A DNA stretch of 64,000 nucleotides. It comes from Macrostomum hystrix. Taxonomy: Eukaryota > Animalia > Platyhelminthes. Under the pieces are notes generated by a model. The model was given only the letters and a program-made list of their open reading frames with translations, did not search any database and was not told the DNA's origin. The position numbers and the translations under genes are program-made. Each line of letters opens with the position of its first letter. The first letter of the stretch is position 1. Positions 11,501 to 24,600 of the stretch are shown here, one piece after another. The stretch covers positions 620,001-684,000 of the forward strand of contig CATNEN010000038.1 in assembly GCA_950097015.1 (NCBI GenBank), given 5' to 3'.

Positions 11501-14500
11501 TTTATCTCTCCCCTGTCTCATCTCTCCCCTGTTTTATCTCTCCCCTGTCTCATCTCTCCCCTGTCTCATCTCATCTCTCCCCTGTCTCATCTCATCTCTC
11601 CCCTGTCTCATCTCTCCCCTGTTTTATCTCTCCCCTGTCTCATCTCTCCCCTGTTTTATCTCTCCCCTGTCTCATCTCTCCCCTGTTTTATCTCTCCCCT
11701 GTCTCATCTCTCCCCTGTCTCATCTCATCTCTCCCCTGTCTCATCTCATCTCTCCCCTGTCTCATCTCTCCCCTGTCTCATCTCTCACCTGTCTCATCTC
11801 TCCCCTGTCTCATCTCTCCCCTGTTTTATCTCTCCCCTGTCTCATCTCTCCCCTGTCTCATCTCTCCCCTGTCTCATCTCTCCCCTGTCTCATCTCATCT
11901 CTCCCCTGTCTCATCTCTCCCCTGTCTCATCTCATCTCTCCCCTGTCTCATCTCTCCCCTGTCTCATCTCTCCCCTGTCTCATCTCTCCCCTGTCTCATC
12001 TCTCCCCTGTCTCATCTCTCCCCTGTCTCATCTCTCCCCTGTCTCATCTCATCTCTCCCTTGTCTCATCTCTCCCCTGTCTCATCTCATCTCTCCCCTGT
12101 CTCATCTCTCCCCTGTCTCATCTCTCCCCTGTCTCATTTTATATCTGCCCTATTTAGTCTAGATATAGAGAGTCGAAATGCAGCTAGAGTTTTGACGCTT
12201 TCCAGGATTCCATCCTCATAACAGGCTACTTGCAGTACCCTGTCGCAAACCCGCAGACCTGGCCATCCGGGACACCTATGGCGTGCCCTTCCTGTCGCAG
12301 TTCAGCGCGGATCCGCAGCAGATGCTGCTGTCCTGCACCTACGGCACCATCGCCTGCGACTACCTGGACTTCAAGGACTTCGCCCTGCCAACCTTTCCGG
12401 CCTGCATGACATTCAGCTTGCAGAACTTTCTCAATCGTCGGCCAAACATATCGGTGAGCAGTCTGAGCGAGCTCCGGCTGGTCCTATTCACCGACTCCTC
12501 GCATGACAGCCAGTTTATCACGGACACCCTGCAGCTACTGCCCGGCGACTGGTTCAACATGCAGGGAGCTGGTGGCGTTGTGGTATTCGTGCACCAGCCC
12601 AAAACCTACCCGACCCTGGGCAGCAGGATCGAGGCACCGGTTAATAAGGAGACAATTGTGGACATCAGGTACCAGGTACCAGACTCGATGAACAGCCGAG
12701 ACGAGATTATAACGAGAATCTACTGAAGTGATTCTACTGAGGGATTTCACTGAGAAGATTCTAACTTGAGGGTTCTACTAAGGGGATTCTACCGAGGGGA
12801 TTCTACCGAGGGGATTCTACCGAGGGGATTCTACCGAGGGGATTCTACCGAGGGGATTCTACCGAGGGGATTCTACCGAGGGATTCTACCGAGGGGATTC
12901 TACCGAGGGGATTCTACCGAGGGGATTCTACTGAGGGGATTCTACCGAGGGGATTCTACCGAGGGGATTCTACCGAGGGGATTCTACCGAGGGATTCTAC
13001 CGAGGGGATTCTACGGAGGGGATTCTACCGAGGGGATTCTACCGAAGGGATTCTACTGAGGGGATTCTACCGAGGGGATTCTACCGAGGGGATTCTACCG
13101 AGGGGATTCTACCGAGGGGACTGACTGTACTGAGGGGGTTCAATTTAATGTATTCTACTTTAGAACATTTTCTCAGCACTAAGATTTCGCAGACACCCGG
13201 CCTACAAGATGATGGCAAACTGTAAATCTGAAAGGAGGTGGGAGTGGAGATTGGACTCGGCTGCTCAAATTAACTCTAGGCAGAAGTTTAGCAGCACTCA
13301 ATCTCTCAACTCCCAGGTTTACACATCCAAGAACACGAGAAACTACAGGTGCTCCGACATCACCCAGATGCTGCAGTACCTGGTCATTGTGAACCACACG
13401 ACCCAGTCGGTGCAGTTCCAGGCGCAGCTAGCCGACTGCTATGTCGACGTCACCCAGAAGATCCTTCTGCAGCTCTGCGGCTTTATTGACCCCAGCCTAC
13501 CGTTGAGTTCGGCGCTTAGCGACCAGCCAAGGAGAGGTAATTTGAGCAGCCTGCTAGCGAACAGCACCGCCGGTGGAGGCCTGCAGCCCACTGACCTCAT
13601 TGCCTACATCTACCAGGTGTTCAAGCGGTCCAATGTATCGTCGGCGAGCGAGCTGCCAGCGATTCTCGACACCCTGCTGGATCAGGAGATCTGCCTGCGC
13701 TACGCCAGGTACGCGGAATTTTTATTTCTTTTAACTTAAATTTTATTTTTGTTGTTATAGTTAGCGTTTTCTAATCTTACAGATTACTTAGAATTACAGA
13801 CTTCTTAGATTTACATATTTCTTAGAATTATATATTTCTCAGAATTACATATTTCTTAGAATTTAATATTTATTTGAATTTAATATTTCTTAGAATTATA
13901 CCGAAGGGGATAATTACATGATTCACTGTTCTATTACCGATTCTTCTATTCTCAGAATTACATGTTTCTTTAAATTACATCTTTTGAGAGTTACATTTTC
14001 TTAGAAATACAGATTTCTTATATTTTACCTGGTTCTTACAATCACCTATTTCTTTAAATCTTTAAATCTAGACTGATTTTCTCTGATTTCGAGCCCCTTA
14101 AAATCCTTAAAAGAAATGGCACAATACGCACCTTCATTCACAGGGTCATAGCCAGCAATGATCAGCGCAATCAGAGGTGTCAGGACAGTTGCCAAGCAAA
14201 GGTGTACTCCAGCAGCGTGATGCCAAACTCTTGGCCCGTAGCCAGCGCCGACTTCCTGCAGCCCCTAGTACAGCGGTGGCTTCAGTCCAATGTCTACTAC
14301 CTGAACGGCTCCACGAAGGCCAATCAAACAGTGAATGAGGATTTCATACGCAAGACCAACTGGAATCTGTACGATGCCTACAAGAAGCTCAACGGCAGCA
14401 ATCTCAACGCCAACAACTACCTGGCATTGAGATTTCGGATCGGTGACTCGCAGGTAATTCTGAAAATTTCTTATCTTTGAAACTAATATTTTGATTGGAA

Positions 14501-15227
14501 GACAACTGACTCCACATTCCTGATGCTTTCTGTGAAATAAGGACGTAACGAAGGATATAGGTTGTTTGAATTCTAGTGAAGCAAAAAAGCTTTATCAAAA
14601 TTATTTATTGAAAATTTATTTTCATGTCCTACCTTCACTACTCAGATAGCGGCAGTAATGGACAATTACTTGTGAAATATATGTTAAATATATTTTGGCG
14701 TTGCTGTCCTACATGCACTACTTAAAGTTGCAGTGAAAGTATTTTATTTGATTGAGAGCAATCGGACACTTCCAATTATCTCACCTCTAATTATCTATCC
14801 AAATTTTCGTAAAAAAAAACTCCGGCAGGGGCTCGGAATCAGCACCGATGAGAGCGCCAGCTACGAACTGTCCGACCTGTTCTCAGACATCGGTGGCATC
14901 CTGGGCCTGTACATGGGCATCAGCGTGCTCACCCTGTGCGAGATGGTGGAGCTCTGCCTGCACATCTTCACCATGCTTGGCATGCTGCTGCACAGGAATC
15001 GAACCCGCGCCGCCGCAGTCCCAGCCGCGATGGCCGAAATGAAGGCTAGAAAATTTTCAGTGGCCCGAGTGGCCGCTCACAACAATGCTGGCTTCGACCT
15101 GGATCCGGATGAGGAGCGAACCAGAGATTTGCACCTGCATCAGCACCTGCATCAGCACCTGCAGCATAATCACTCAAGCCAACCACAGTACCCTGTGCAG
15201 CTTCCTGCCAGAACATCCCGGGTTTGA
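8468..15227 (+). CDS. DEG/ENaC/ASIC-family amiloride-sensitive channel subunit, ~704 aa. Exons 8468-9062, 12257-12675, 13317-13708, 14144-14453, 14829-15227
   Basis: N-terminal TSAHG motif, TM1, PDITVCN, MLLSCTY, CMTFS, VFVHQP, CQDSC...Y...SWP, and TM2 DLFSDIGGILGLYMGISVLTLCE with the GxS filter. Junctions are GT-AG and frame-preserving; the exon 3 acceptor is the least certain. Confidence 0.92.
9075..10769. repeat. 17-bp minisatellite (GTTAGACACGGGTAGCT)n, ~100 highly homogeneous copies, ENaC intron 1
   Basis: Tandem periodicity starting ~12 nt after the donor at 9063. Confidence 0.98.
11327..12140. repeat. 16-bp minisatellite (TCTCTCCCCTGTCTCA)n, ENaC intron 1
   Basis: Tandem periodicity with TTTTA variants and +5 bp variants. 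Confidence 0.97.
12715..13120. repeat. 14-bp minisatellite (GAGGGGATTCTACC)n, ENaC intron 2
   Basis: Tandem periodicity; degenerate units at the 5' edge. Confidence 0.96.
13785..14050. repeat. Degenerate ~17-bp AT-rich tandem repeat (TTTCTTAGAATTACATA), ENaC intron 3
   Basis: Recurring TTCTTAGAATT core. Confidence 0.75.
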
Positions 15228-16476
15228 CACAGCATGTTTGTCAATCTAATTTTCTGTAGGCCCATTTAAGTTGTGCTTTTTAAATGCCATAATTTGTACG
15301 GCGCAGTTTCTGTAATTTTGAAATACAAAGCCCTAGAAATGACACCTGCCTGTCATATGTGTGCTGTGCCCAGTTCAGTTCAGTCCATGGACAAACCCAA
15401 ATAAATTAATGTCTGCTCCGGCTTATGCTGTGACCCAGTTGTGTGGGTGTAGAAGGATAAGGACACTGCTTTTTGGGCTGAGATAAAAATACTCATATAC
15501 TCACATACTCAAATATCTCAAATACTAAAAATAACTAGCTAGACCAGCAAATCAAACATCCAACAGAGATTATCGACAAAATCAACGAAAACAGTATCGG
15601 TTGATCGGTTAATCAAAACATCGGTCCGTGAAAGCTGTTTTGCAGCTCTGCACTAAAGCAACATGTTTTTTGTTCCTTATTGACTTAAGGCATAAGCTTG
15701 TTAGCCCCGCGCCTCAACAGCCGAGAAATAGTGGGTCACTCAAGGTCTTTCAGTCTGGCAAAAAGGGAGACAGCAGAGATCGAAGGGAGACAGAGGGTGA
15801 GAAGGGTGAGAGGTGGGTGCGTGGGACCGGGTCAGGGTTTGTACCTAATTAGTCAGAAGTTTAGTGGAGGTTAGGACAGGTCTGAGACCTCGTCTTCTCA
15901 TATCTTTGTGCCGCGCAGATTTTTCTTCTCAATTGCAATTTTTCTAGCTGTGCCCTGGGCGTCTGAGAATAGAAGACAGACCGGCAAAGGAGAGAGCGGA
16001 ACAGACGGACAGGCGCACCACAAGGCTTGAGAGACAGACATGGCTGGTCAAGTAACCCCCTGTCCTTAAAACTTGGCTGGCCCATGCAGTTGTTGACAGC
16101 GTGTCAGGCGAAATCTCTTTTGTTTTCTATCTTTTTTCAACCTAAAAAACTGAGCCACCTGAGCAGACAGAAGCCTTATGATTAGCATAAAAGTGACTGC
16201 TTAGGTGCAGCGTTGTAGCTCTTAGCTGTCTACGAGACCCTCGAAACAGAGTACAAAACTGGGCCTCAAATCGAGACGTTAGTCTAACAACAATAGGCAC
16301 CGCGTCTCAGTTTGACAGTTGAAATACCCGCCTAGAGGCTTTCAAGACTAGACTGGACTTTTGGCAGCTACTGTGGAGTGTCTGGTCAGTTATTTCAAAC
16401 GAAGCTCTAGACGCATTGAAAATTATAAACAAAGCCTGTCTAGTCTCGAAACAGACTCTTGCCGACAGAGGCAGGC

Positions 16477-19102
16477 ATGCTTCATAGTTTTTACAGAGAA
16501 GAATTCCTGCGATTGAGCGACAGCAGCGGCGGCGGCGGCAGCAACGACAGCGCGCAGGCGTCGACAGCTCTAGACCATCTTCGCCGTCAGATGCTGGCCA
16601 GGCAGGCCGCCTGCATGGATGGTCGCCAGTGCGTCGACCAACTGTCCGAAGCGTTCGCGATCTCCAGCTCCATCAGCTGCCGCGGCTGCTGCCTTGGCGC
16701 GATCGGCGAAGGTTTGTCAGAGTCGGAGTCTCGCCGAGGCCTCGCCCAGTTCTCCGAGTGGCGAGCTGCCCAGCTGCGCAAGTCGGCGATGACTGACCAG
16801 TCGGTGCTTCGCTGCTGGGCCCCAGTCATGGCCGTTCCCATCGACTGGGACGCTGTGCGCTGCCGACGCCGCTGCCTCTGCCCGTTCCTGGTGCCAAACG
16901 GTGGCGGCATGGTCTGGCGGCCGGCCTGCCCGGAGGCCGCCTGCCTGCTGCTGGCCCAGGCCTGCGGAATCGGCGTCGATTTGCACCTGCGACTGAGGCC
17001 GACGACAGCAACGTCGACAGCTGGCAGCGCAGCCGAGGAGGCCGCTGTGACGCCGTGTCATTCATTCCTGATGGGCAGCTTCGTGCAGCTGTACCGCAGC
17101 GGGCTGTGGCCGCCCAAAAAACAGCTAACCAGGTGAGCCAGCTTTCATTTGAGAAGCGTGAATTATTCAATTGACTTTAACAAAAAATTCATCTAAATGT
17201 TTCAGAGAAGGTCGTCGCCTCATGCTGGACCTCGACGCCGGCCGCTGTCCACCTGAAGTAGTTCAGTTCGTCTTCTACTCAGCCTACGGCCATGTGATCT
17301 GTCTGCGCGACAATCAGCGAGTCCCTACGCCCGAAGGTCTAGCTTCGCTGTACACCGTCGCTCGTCACGTGATCTCGGAAGGTGACTCAGATTTTCGTCG
17401 CCTAGCCGACGTCTCGGGCCTTCTAACAAACATCATCGTCCTGCTGGATCGAGTAATCAGCCGCCTCCAGCCGACTGAGGACCGAAACCTTCTGCCTGAC
17501 CTGGCTGCCATATTCCAGTTGTGTCCGCGACTGTTCGGCGACCTCCGGACTCGACTGGCCGACCGACTGCGCGCCGAGGCGATGCGGCAACTCACCGCGC
17601 TGGACAGCAGGCCCATCGACTGTCTGCACTTTCATAGGCAGCGCCAGCGGTGCGAAGACAAACATTACGACAAAGACTGCCTGATCGTTGAAGCCTGCTC
17701 GAAGCTGCTTCGAGAGCTTATCCTGCGCGACGAGCAGGTGAGCCATATGAGCTTTGAGCTTTACATCGAGAGCAAAAATTGTAAAACTTTTCTGGAAAAA
17801 TCCATTTGATAGGCACATTCTCGCCCCTTGGAGGTCTGTCTGCAGTCTTACCTGGCCCACCTGGTCGACCTCCACGAGTCCGATCGTTGCGCCGCCATGC
17901 TGCAGGCCTGCCGCGACCTCCGCAACTCAACCGGGCTACTCAGCCTCCTGATGCCTGACCAGCCATCCAGCTGTCCGTCGCTTGATCACAGTCGTCTCTG
18001 CAGACTGCTCACCCACCTGACTCATACTCTGCTCCAGCTAACTTGCGATCAGGCCGTATTAAACTTTGCCGACGCTGCCAGCTTCGTCATGAAATCTGAG
18101 CTGAAACTAGTGACTCCGGAGACCATTGTGGCAGCCGATTTTCGCTTCGTGGCGGCATTCACGGAGGCTGCCATGTCGGCTCTGGGGCGATGCGGCTGCG
18201 ACAGCTCAGACGTGGAGGATGGAGAGCTCCTGAGGCTGGACAATATTCGGAGACTGCGAGCCGATCTCTGTGGCCCCGAGATTCTCGCGATGCTTCAGTA
18301 CCAGGAGGCCAGGTCCTGCCTCGAGGCAGCTCGGCAGCGCCTCGTAGCGGGCGCCAGGTCTGGCGAGCTGAGCGACATCGCTTACCACTCGTGCTCAGCA
18401 GGCCGACTGCCCCATCTCCGACTGCTCGTCCAGGCTGTTGCCGTCCTGTTGCTAGGCGAACTTGGAAACGATTTCAACAATAACGATTTCAACGAGTCAC
18501 GCCTCTGCTCAGAGGGTCGACGACTTCTCCTGGATGGAAGCGCCGACGGGCTGATCAGCCGGCTGCGTCGCGCAAATTCCACAGCACTTGGCTTCGGCGG
18601 TGTGCTGACTCTGCTCAGCAGGCCTCAGCTCTGCCGACCCCTGATGCAGCTGATGCTCGACTGGAACGGCAGACCGAAGGAAGACGCTTCGTCGACCATC
18701 GCTCTGCTGATGGACTGGGTGCGGCAGTCGGCCCGATGCCTGACGCTGCTTCGGCTGACCTCGCGCGTGTTCGCCTCGCCTCGGGCGGTTCAGAGCGGCC
18801 TTTTGCAGGCCGGTGGCTGCTTGAGCGCTGCGGACGACGATAATCGAGCGGCGATGATTGGACGCCTGGCCGACGAGCTGCTGGCTGGCGGGGAGTTGGA
18901 GCCCGACAAGCACTCGGCGCTGACGGAGATTCTGACAGCGCAATCCGGCCGCCAAATCGACTTCGAGGAGAAACTCAACGAAGTTGACATCGACGACGAG
19001 GCGAGTCCCCTCAAGCATTCAACAGCGATTTCAAAGGCGTCCTTCCTGATGCGCCTGCTGCCGAGTCAACAGCAGTCCCATTGTGTGTCAGCGGGACACT
19101 GA
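16477..19102 (+). CDS. Uncharacterised 825-aa Leu/Ala/Arg-rich protein. Exons 16477-17132, 17206-17737, 17813-19102
   Basis: Three long GC-rich ORFs joined by two ~75-bp AT-rich introns (AG|GTGAGC...TTCAG; CAG|GTGAGC...GATAG) with consistent phases. No family recognised. Confidence 0.8.
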
Positions 19103-21255
19103 AGCAAGCGGAAGCCCAGTACTTGTCATTTTGTATTTTTAACTGTTTTACTTTAAGTGACGCCGTACAACTTGTGAGACCTCATTTTACTTTAGCTGGA
19201 AAGATTAATTTTGTTTTAATTCTGCATGTCTTCGAAGTTAAAAGTTCAACAGACCACTGGTCAGGTAAGGCCCTGGGACGCCCTGAGGTTTAGTTGTGTA
19301 AGCAGCAGGTAAGTCTTCAAAAGAAAACTTAGATAAGAATGTGGAAAGTTTAGAAAGTATTTTGTGCGCCTTTATTAGATTCGCATTAACCTAGACATGT
19401 AGCAACTCCTGCATCGTGCATGCTGTCATTCGTGTTTAAATTTGCTCTACAACCACTCGCCAGATTAAATATATTAAATATTAAATTAATATATTTAATA
19501 ATTTAGTCCGTGTATTTCGTTTTACCTGTAAATATCAGCAGGGCGTATACCAACTGACCCTAATTGGCTAGCAAGTCCGCACCTCTATTTTAGCAACACT
19601 GAGCACACATTTCATTCTTTGCTTAGAAACAAAAGCCAGACTTGTTCGCTGTCCTACAACGCAAACACTCTCGCTGTCAATTTGTGGTGTTTTATTGCTC
19701 TGGTACATTTTCAGCCAAGCCGCGAAATGTTTAGCTCAGTTTTATTTTTAGATACAAAAAATAACATAACAAAGCCTTAGAGGCTTAGATTGTCTACAAA
19801 TTGGTCATAAAAACGAATGAACTCACGATAAACATTTATCTGTGCTTTTTTCACACGAAATTTGACCTAACTAATTTGCAATGGATCTAGTTGCTTCGTG
19901 GGATCTAAAATTACTGTTTGTTTTATTACATTTTCGCAAGAAATTTGAATCTTGATCATGTGAATAAAATTTACATTTAATTCCCATCTAATTAAACACT
20001 TTCAGTATGTCATAACCGCATAAAGTGTACAGAGGCTATAGTGTTTATGGCTTTATACATTACACTGCCGCATTGATAGCCTAGGCTACTATTCGATCTT
20101 CTTCTACTGAGTTTAGATTGTTTACTAATTTATGCATATGCATGTATAATCTGAGATACCAGTTGTCAACTGTGCAGAAAATACATTAAATTATTAATTT
20201 AATACCTCAAATTTTTCTGGCCTAGTTCGTATAGAAATTGGTATTTTGCGACACATTTTATTTTGAAAAAAATCTGATCGAATGCAAAAACAATTATAGC
20301 TAAACTATATGTTTCCCATAAACTATACTATGTCTTGTTTGATTAAGATTAATAGTAGCGCGAGACACATTTATCTACTGATACTACTTAATAGATAAGT
20401 AGCTTATAATTTTTTCGAGATAATTAAGCAACATAGAAACTACCCGTAGCATTTAAAAAGCAATTGAAATCCAGGAGATATGTGAAGTAGATTTGTAGTT
20501 TTCTATCCATGTCCATGTCATATTAATATAAGAATAACATCGTTGGATGAAGTAAAGATTTAAAAATAAAAAATGTAAACAAAAAATAAAAAAACAGCTA
20601 AATGGTTGTTTAGTAACAAATGGTGGTGGACGACACGTTAGTCTATTTTGCGGAAGCGTACTGTTCAAGAAAACATATTTTTTTTCATTAAAAATACGAT
20701 TATCGATATCGATAATTACTAAGTAAATAAATAAAAAAAATTATTCTTACATATCTATGACAAGAAATTGAAGACGAGATATCGGATGCACATCGATTAT
20801 AGAAAACTTTTATCATATTAAAGTTTTATTATAGAAAACTTTAATATGATTAGAGGGAATTTTAACAAACCGAAAACATAGATTTCCACCTTAGCTTTGA
20901 GGTTGAATGTAAACATAAGATTTATATGGCTGAAGAACAGACTCCGATATGTGGAGAAAAATATTTAGCAGCGCCGATTTATATTTTGAGCATAATTGTC
21001 TTGTGAACCTACTTTTTTAACGGGAACACAGAACTCCCTGACCTCATGACCTCAGCAAGATTGGATTCAATCTTCCATTCGCAGCGCAAATGGGAAGAAA
21101 ATAAGTTTTTACATTGTCTTATTTATTTTTGGAGCGGCACTTAATGTTTCAAAGAATAATTGCTATTATACTTTCGTTGAAAAAATCATTCACTTAATTA
21201 GCCTTTGTACATATCGTACAGCAAGAGAACCCAAATGATATGACTAAAAAAACCT

Positions 21256-21580
21256 CCTAAATCCTCAGATGATCTCGCTCGGTGGCTGTCCCAAATCCTC
21301 GGCGGATCACCCGAATCCTCGGTGGATCTCCCAAATCCTCGGCGGATCTCCTAAATCCTCGGCGGATCACCCGAATCCTCGGTGGATCTCCCAAATCCTC
21401 GGCGGATCTCCTAAATCCTCGGCGAATCTCCCAAATCCTCGGCGAATCTCCCAAATCCTCGTTGGCTGTCCCAAATCCTCAGTGGATCTCCCAAATCCTC
21501 GGTGAATCTCCTAAATCCTCGGCGAATCTCCCAAATCCTCGGCGAATCTCCCAAATCCTCTGCGGATCTCCCAAATCCTC
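21256..21580. repeat. 20-bp minisatellite (CCAAATCCTCGGCGGATCTC)n just beyond the DTHD1-like stop codon
   Basis: Tandem periodicity. Confidence 0.95.
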
Positions 21581-21616
21581 ATTAGTCCCCAGTTTAGTAA
21601 AACATCAACAATTAAT

Positions 21617-24600
21617 CTACGACAAGGGCGCTGCCGTCAGCAGTGCCGGGGTGAGCTCGCAGTTGGCGGCGTCGCAGTCGAGCACCGCCCGGGCCAAGTC
21701 CGGACGGCCCGTGCGAGCCAGGGCGTCGGCCAGCCGCTGGGCCATGCTGGACCGCTCGCTCAGCGGCACCGAGCGCTTCCAGTGCGTCAGGATCTTGTAT
21801 GTGACGCTGGCGAGGCTGGAGCCGCCAGAAAGAGCGTCGAAGCCGATGCCGGTGATGGCGCTCTCAGGCAGGCTGAGGTGCACAGCCAGGGTGAGGCCCT
21901 GGCGAACCTGCTCGGACAGGGTTTGAAGACTGCGCACACTGAGAGCCTTCGACTCGCGAGTAGCTGAAGTATGGAGGGATTCAACAACTTAAAACTCATT
22001 CATTCACAGCCCCAGTGCATGAGGGCCCGTTGCTTGGCACAAGTGGACTCACAAACTGGCGCGGGCAAGTTCCGCCTGGGGGCAGTCAGCCTCTGAAAGC
22101 TCTCGACGCGGGCCTGCGCTGGGTCCAGCTCGTTCGCTCGCAGTCGCAGCTTTGGCAACTGCGGAATTCGCTTCGCGATGGTGTTTGTCGACGAACTGCG
22201 CTGCGTCGGCGGAGGCGGCGATGGCGTCGGTGGCGGCGATGGAGTTGGCAGCGGCGGTGGAGTCGGAGGTCGCAATCCCAGATACGCCTTGACGACGTTG
22301 AAGTCCACGCAAATTTCATGCTCAGAGACTGCATCGCCTGATTCGTCCAGCACGCAAATCTGCGACCTGTTCAATTGTTGGAGATTAAAATGAGCCACTA
22401 CTTGGAAACTTCAATATGAAGTGCACCCCCAAGCAGCGAGATTAACGCCGCGCTCTACGCAAGGGCACGACTGACGCGACTGGCTGGCCACGTCATTTGG
22501 TCAGAGGCCCGCTGCCCTGAGCCGCTGCACGACGTGCTCGCGTCACGAGGCCAAGGGCGAACGCCGCGATACCCTGACCGGCCGGCATATGACTGACGCT
22601 GGCAGGGGCTGTGAATTTTTTAGGTTGAAGCGCGCTCTCGGACTTTCTTTCCCCCCCGTGGTTTGCGCACTTTGTTGTTGTTGCTGTTTTGTATCTCAAT
22701 TTACTTGAGTGCAGTAAGCCAATTTCCTATGAAAAGGACCGAGGACGTAAGCTAGGAGGACTTATCTTATTAAAAATGTCTGTAAAAATAACCCGAAATC
22801 CCACAACCCTCTGGCCTCTGTTATCTCGACGTCAACTGGTTACACGCAGCATTAACTCACTTGAAGAGCAACGTCTCGGTGGATCCTCCAGTCTTCGCCG
22901 CAGCAGAGTCAGCAGCCGGATCTCCTGGAGGCATCTCCCGCAGCTCCGGAGCTCTCTGCTGCAGCAAATAGTCGAAGAAGTCTTTGGTCGCTGTGCGGCA
23001 TCGCTCGGTTGGCGTCAGACGGAACACGGCCGGAGACTCGCTCAGCAGCTGGTGATACTGCACCAACACCGGCTGATTGCCCTGATCAAGCACCTCGGCA
23101 GCGTCTTCAGCGAACTCCGGCTCCTGGCTCAGAGCCAAGTCGCTGTTCGCTGCCAGTTGGAGTAGGAAAATCGCGCCATTGCGAAGTCGGACGCTGCCTC
23201 GACGACTCTCGTCGCTATCGGCTGTGGCTTGCCTGCGTGGAGGGCGGCGTCGGAAGCTGCTCGCTGAACTAGACTGCTGCTGCTGCTGCTGTAGACTTTG
23301 AAGATACTGCCAACCTCCAGTCTGTGGATAATTTTTCGTTTTAGTTTTGCGGGAGCTTTTTAGCTACGGCTTCCAACTAAGAGGTCGGTAGTTCGAATCA
23401 CAAGTTAGTCTCCGTGAGCAAGGCTCTTGGGGAGAAGCTTGGGAGAGTTTCGCGGCCTCCCCAATCCAGGGACCGATATATGGACCAGTACGAGTGCCGC
23501 GGCTCTGCTATGCTCACATGACCAATTCAAATCTAGACCACTCGATTTGTCTCACCTGCACCCGGTCAGAGATTCGGTTTACAATTTCGTTGCGTGGCGC
23601 GCAGTCTACGCAGAGCCGCCACTGTCGCTCGCGAAGACGAACAAACAGCAGGATCTCGCCCTCCACGGCGTTGTTCATGCCGCACAGCAGCGGCATCGCC
23701 AAGGACGCCCTCTGCGCTTTGGCCGAATCCACCGAGGCCAAGCAGTACCTGGTGAGGTGCTTGGCTTCAAAGCTGACTGAGTTCTTGGTCAGCTTGACTG
23801 TACCGCCAGGATCCAGGACTCGCCACGGCGACGTCAGGCCGGGCTTTGGCTGGTAGAAGATGGTCAAACTCGGCGACTCCGTTGACGGCGTCGCATCGGC
23901 GGACTCGCCGACCGGTGTTGAAAGCCACTGCGGCAGCGGCAGCTTCAGTGTGATGGGCCTCTTAAACTCGCCGCCCGGATAGTCGAAGTTGTACACAGGC
24001 GACAGGCAGCGAATGTCCATCGTCTGGGAGGGATGGGCCCGCCTGGCCAGAGACAAACGATCGTCCGAGAACGGTATAATCTGTTGAAGTGGGCGCAGCC
24101 AAGTGAGTCTGTGCTGCTCAAGTTTTGACAGCAGTTTGATCGACAACAGGCCTTAATGAGTCCTTTCATAACAACCCTCAGTTGTACTAAAATCCTCAGG
24201 TGTCTTTCGTTGATTCCATCCTCCATCTACGAGCTAAAAAAAACTTAAGGTTTCCTCCTAAACTCACAGATTGTTTTTGCGTCTTAAGTTAACTTCCTTT
24301 AAATACTACTAAGGCAGAGATGTTTTGAAGTAGTCAAGATGTGTTTCTTAAACTATTATTAGAAACTGACTCACAGACAGGCAGCAGTCCGCAGATTCCA
24401 GACAGCCTCTCTTCGGTATCCGCACCGAGATGATGGGGTCCAGCTTCAAATTGAGTAGGCCTCCACCGGGTGTCACCTGGAAAGTCTCCGTGAGAGGCGA
24501 CAGTACCGCGACGAATATGCCGGAGCTCGTCACGTGACAGGTGACGCTCTTGTCATCCTTGAAGGTAAAATTTCTTTGAGTGAGGAACTTCGAGAAATTT

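Noticed and set aside
19300-21250. AT-rich stretch with small palindromes
   Set aside because: No ORF, periodicity or terminal repeats beyond what composition predicts.
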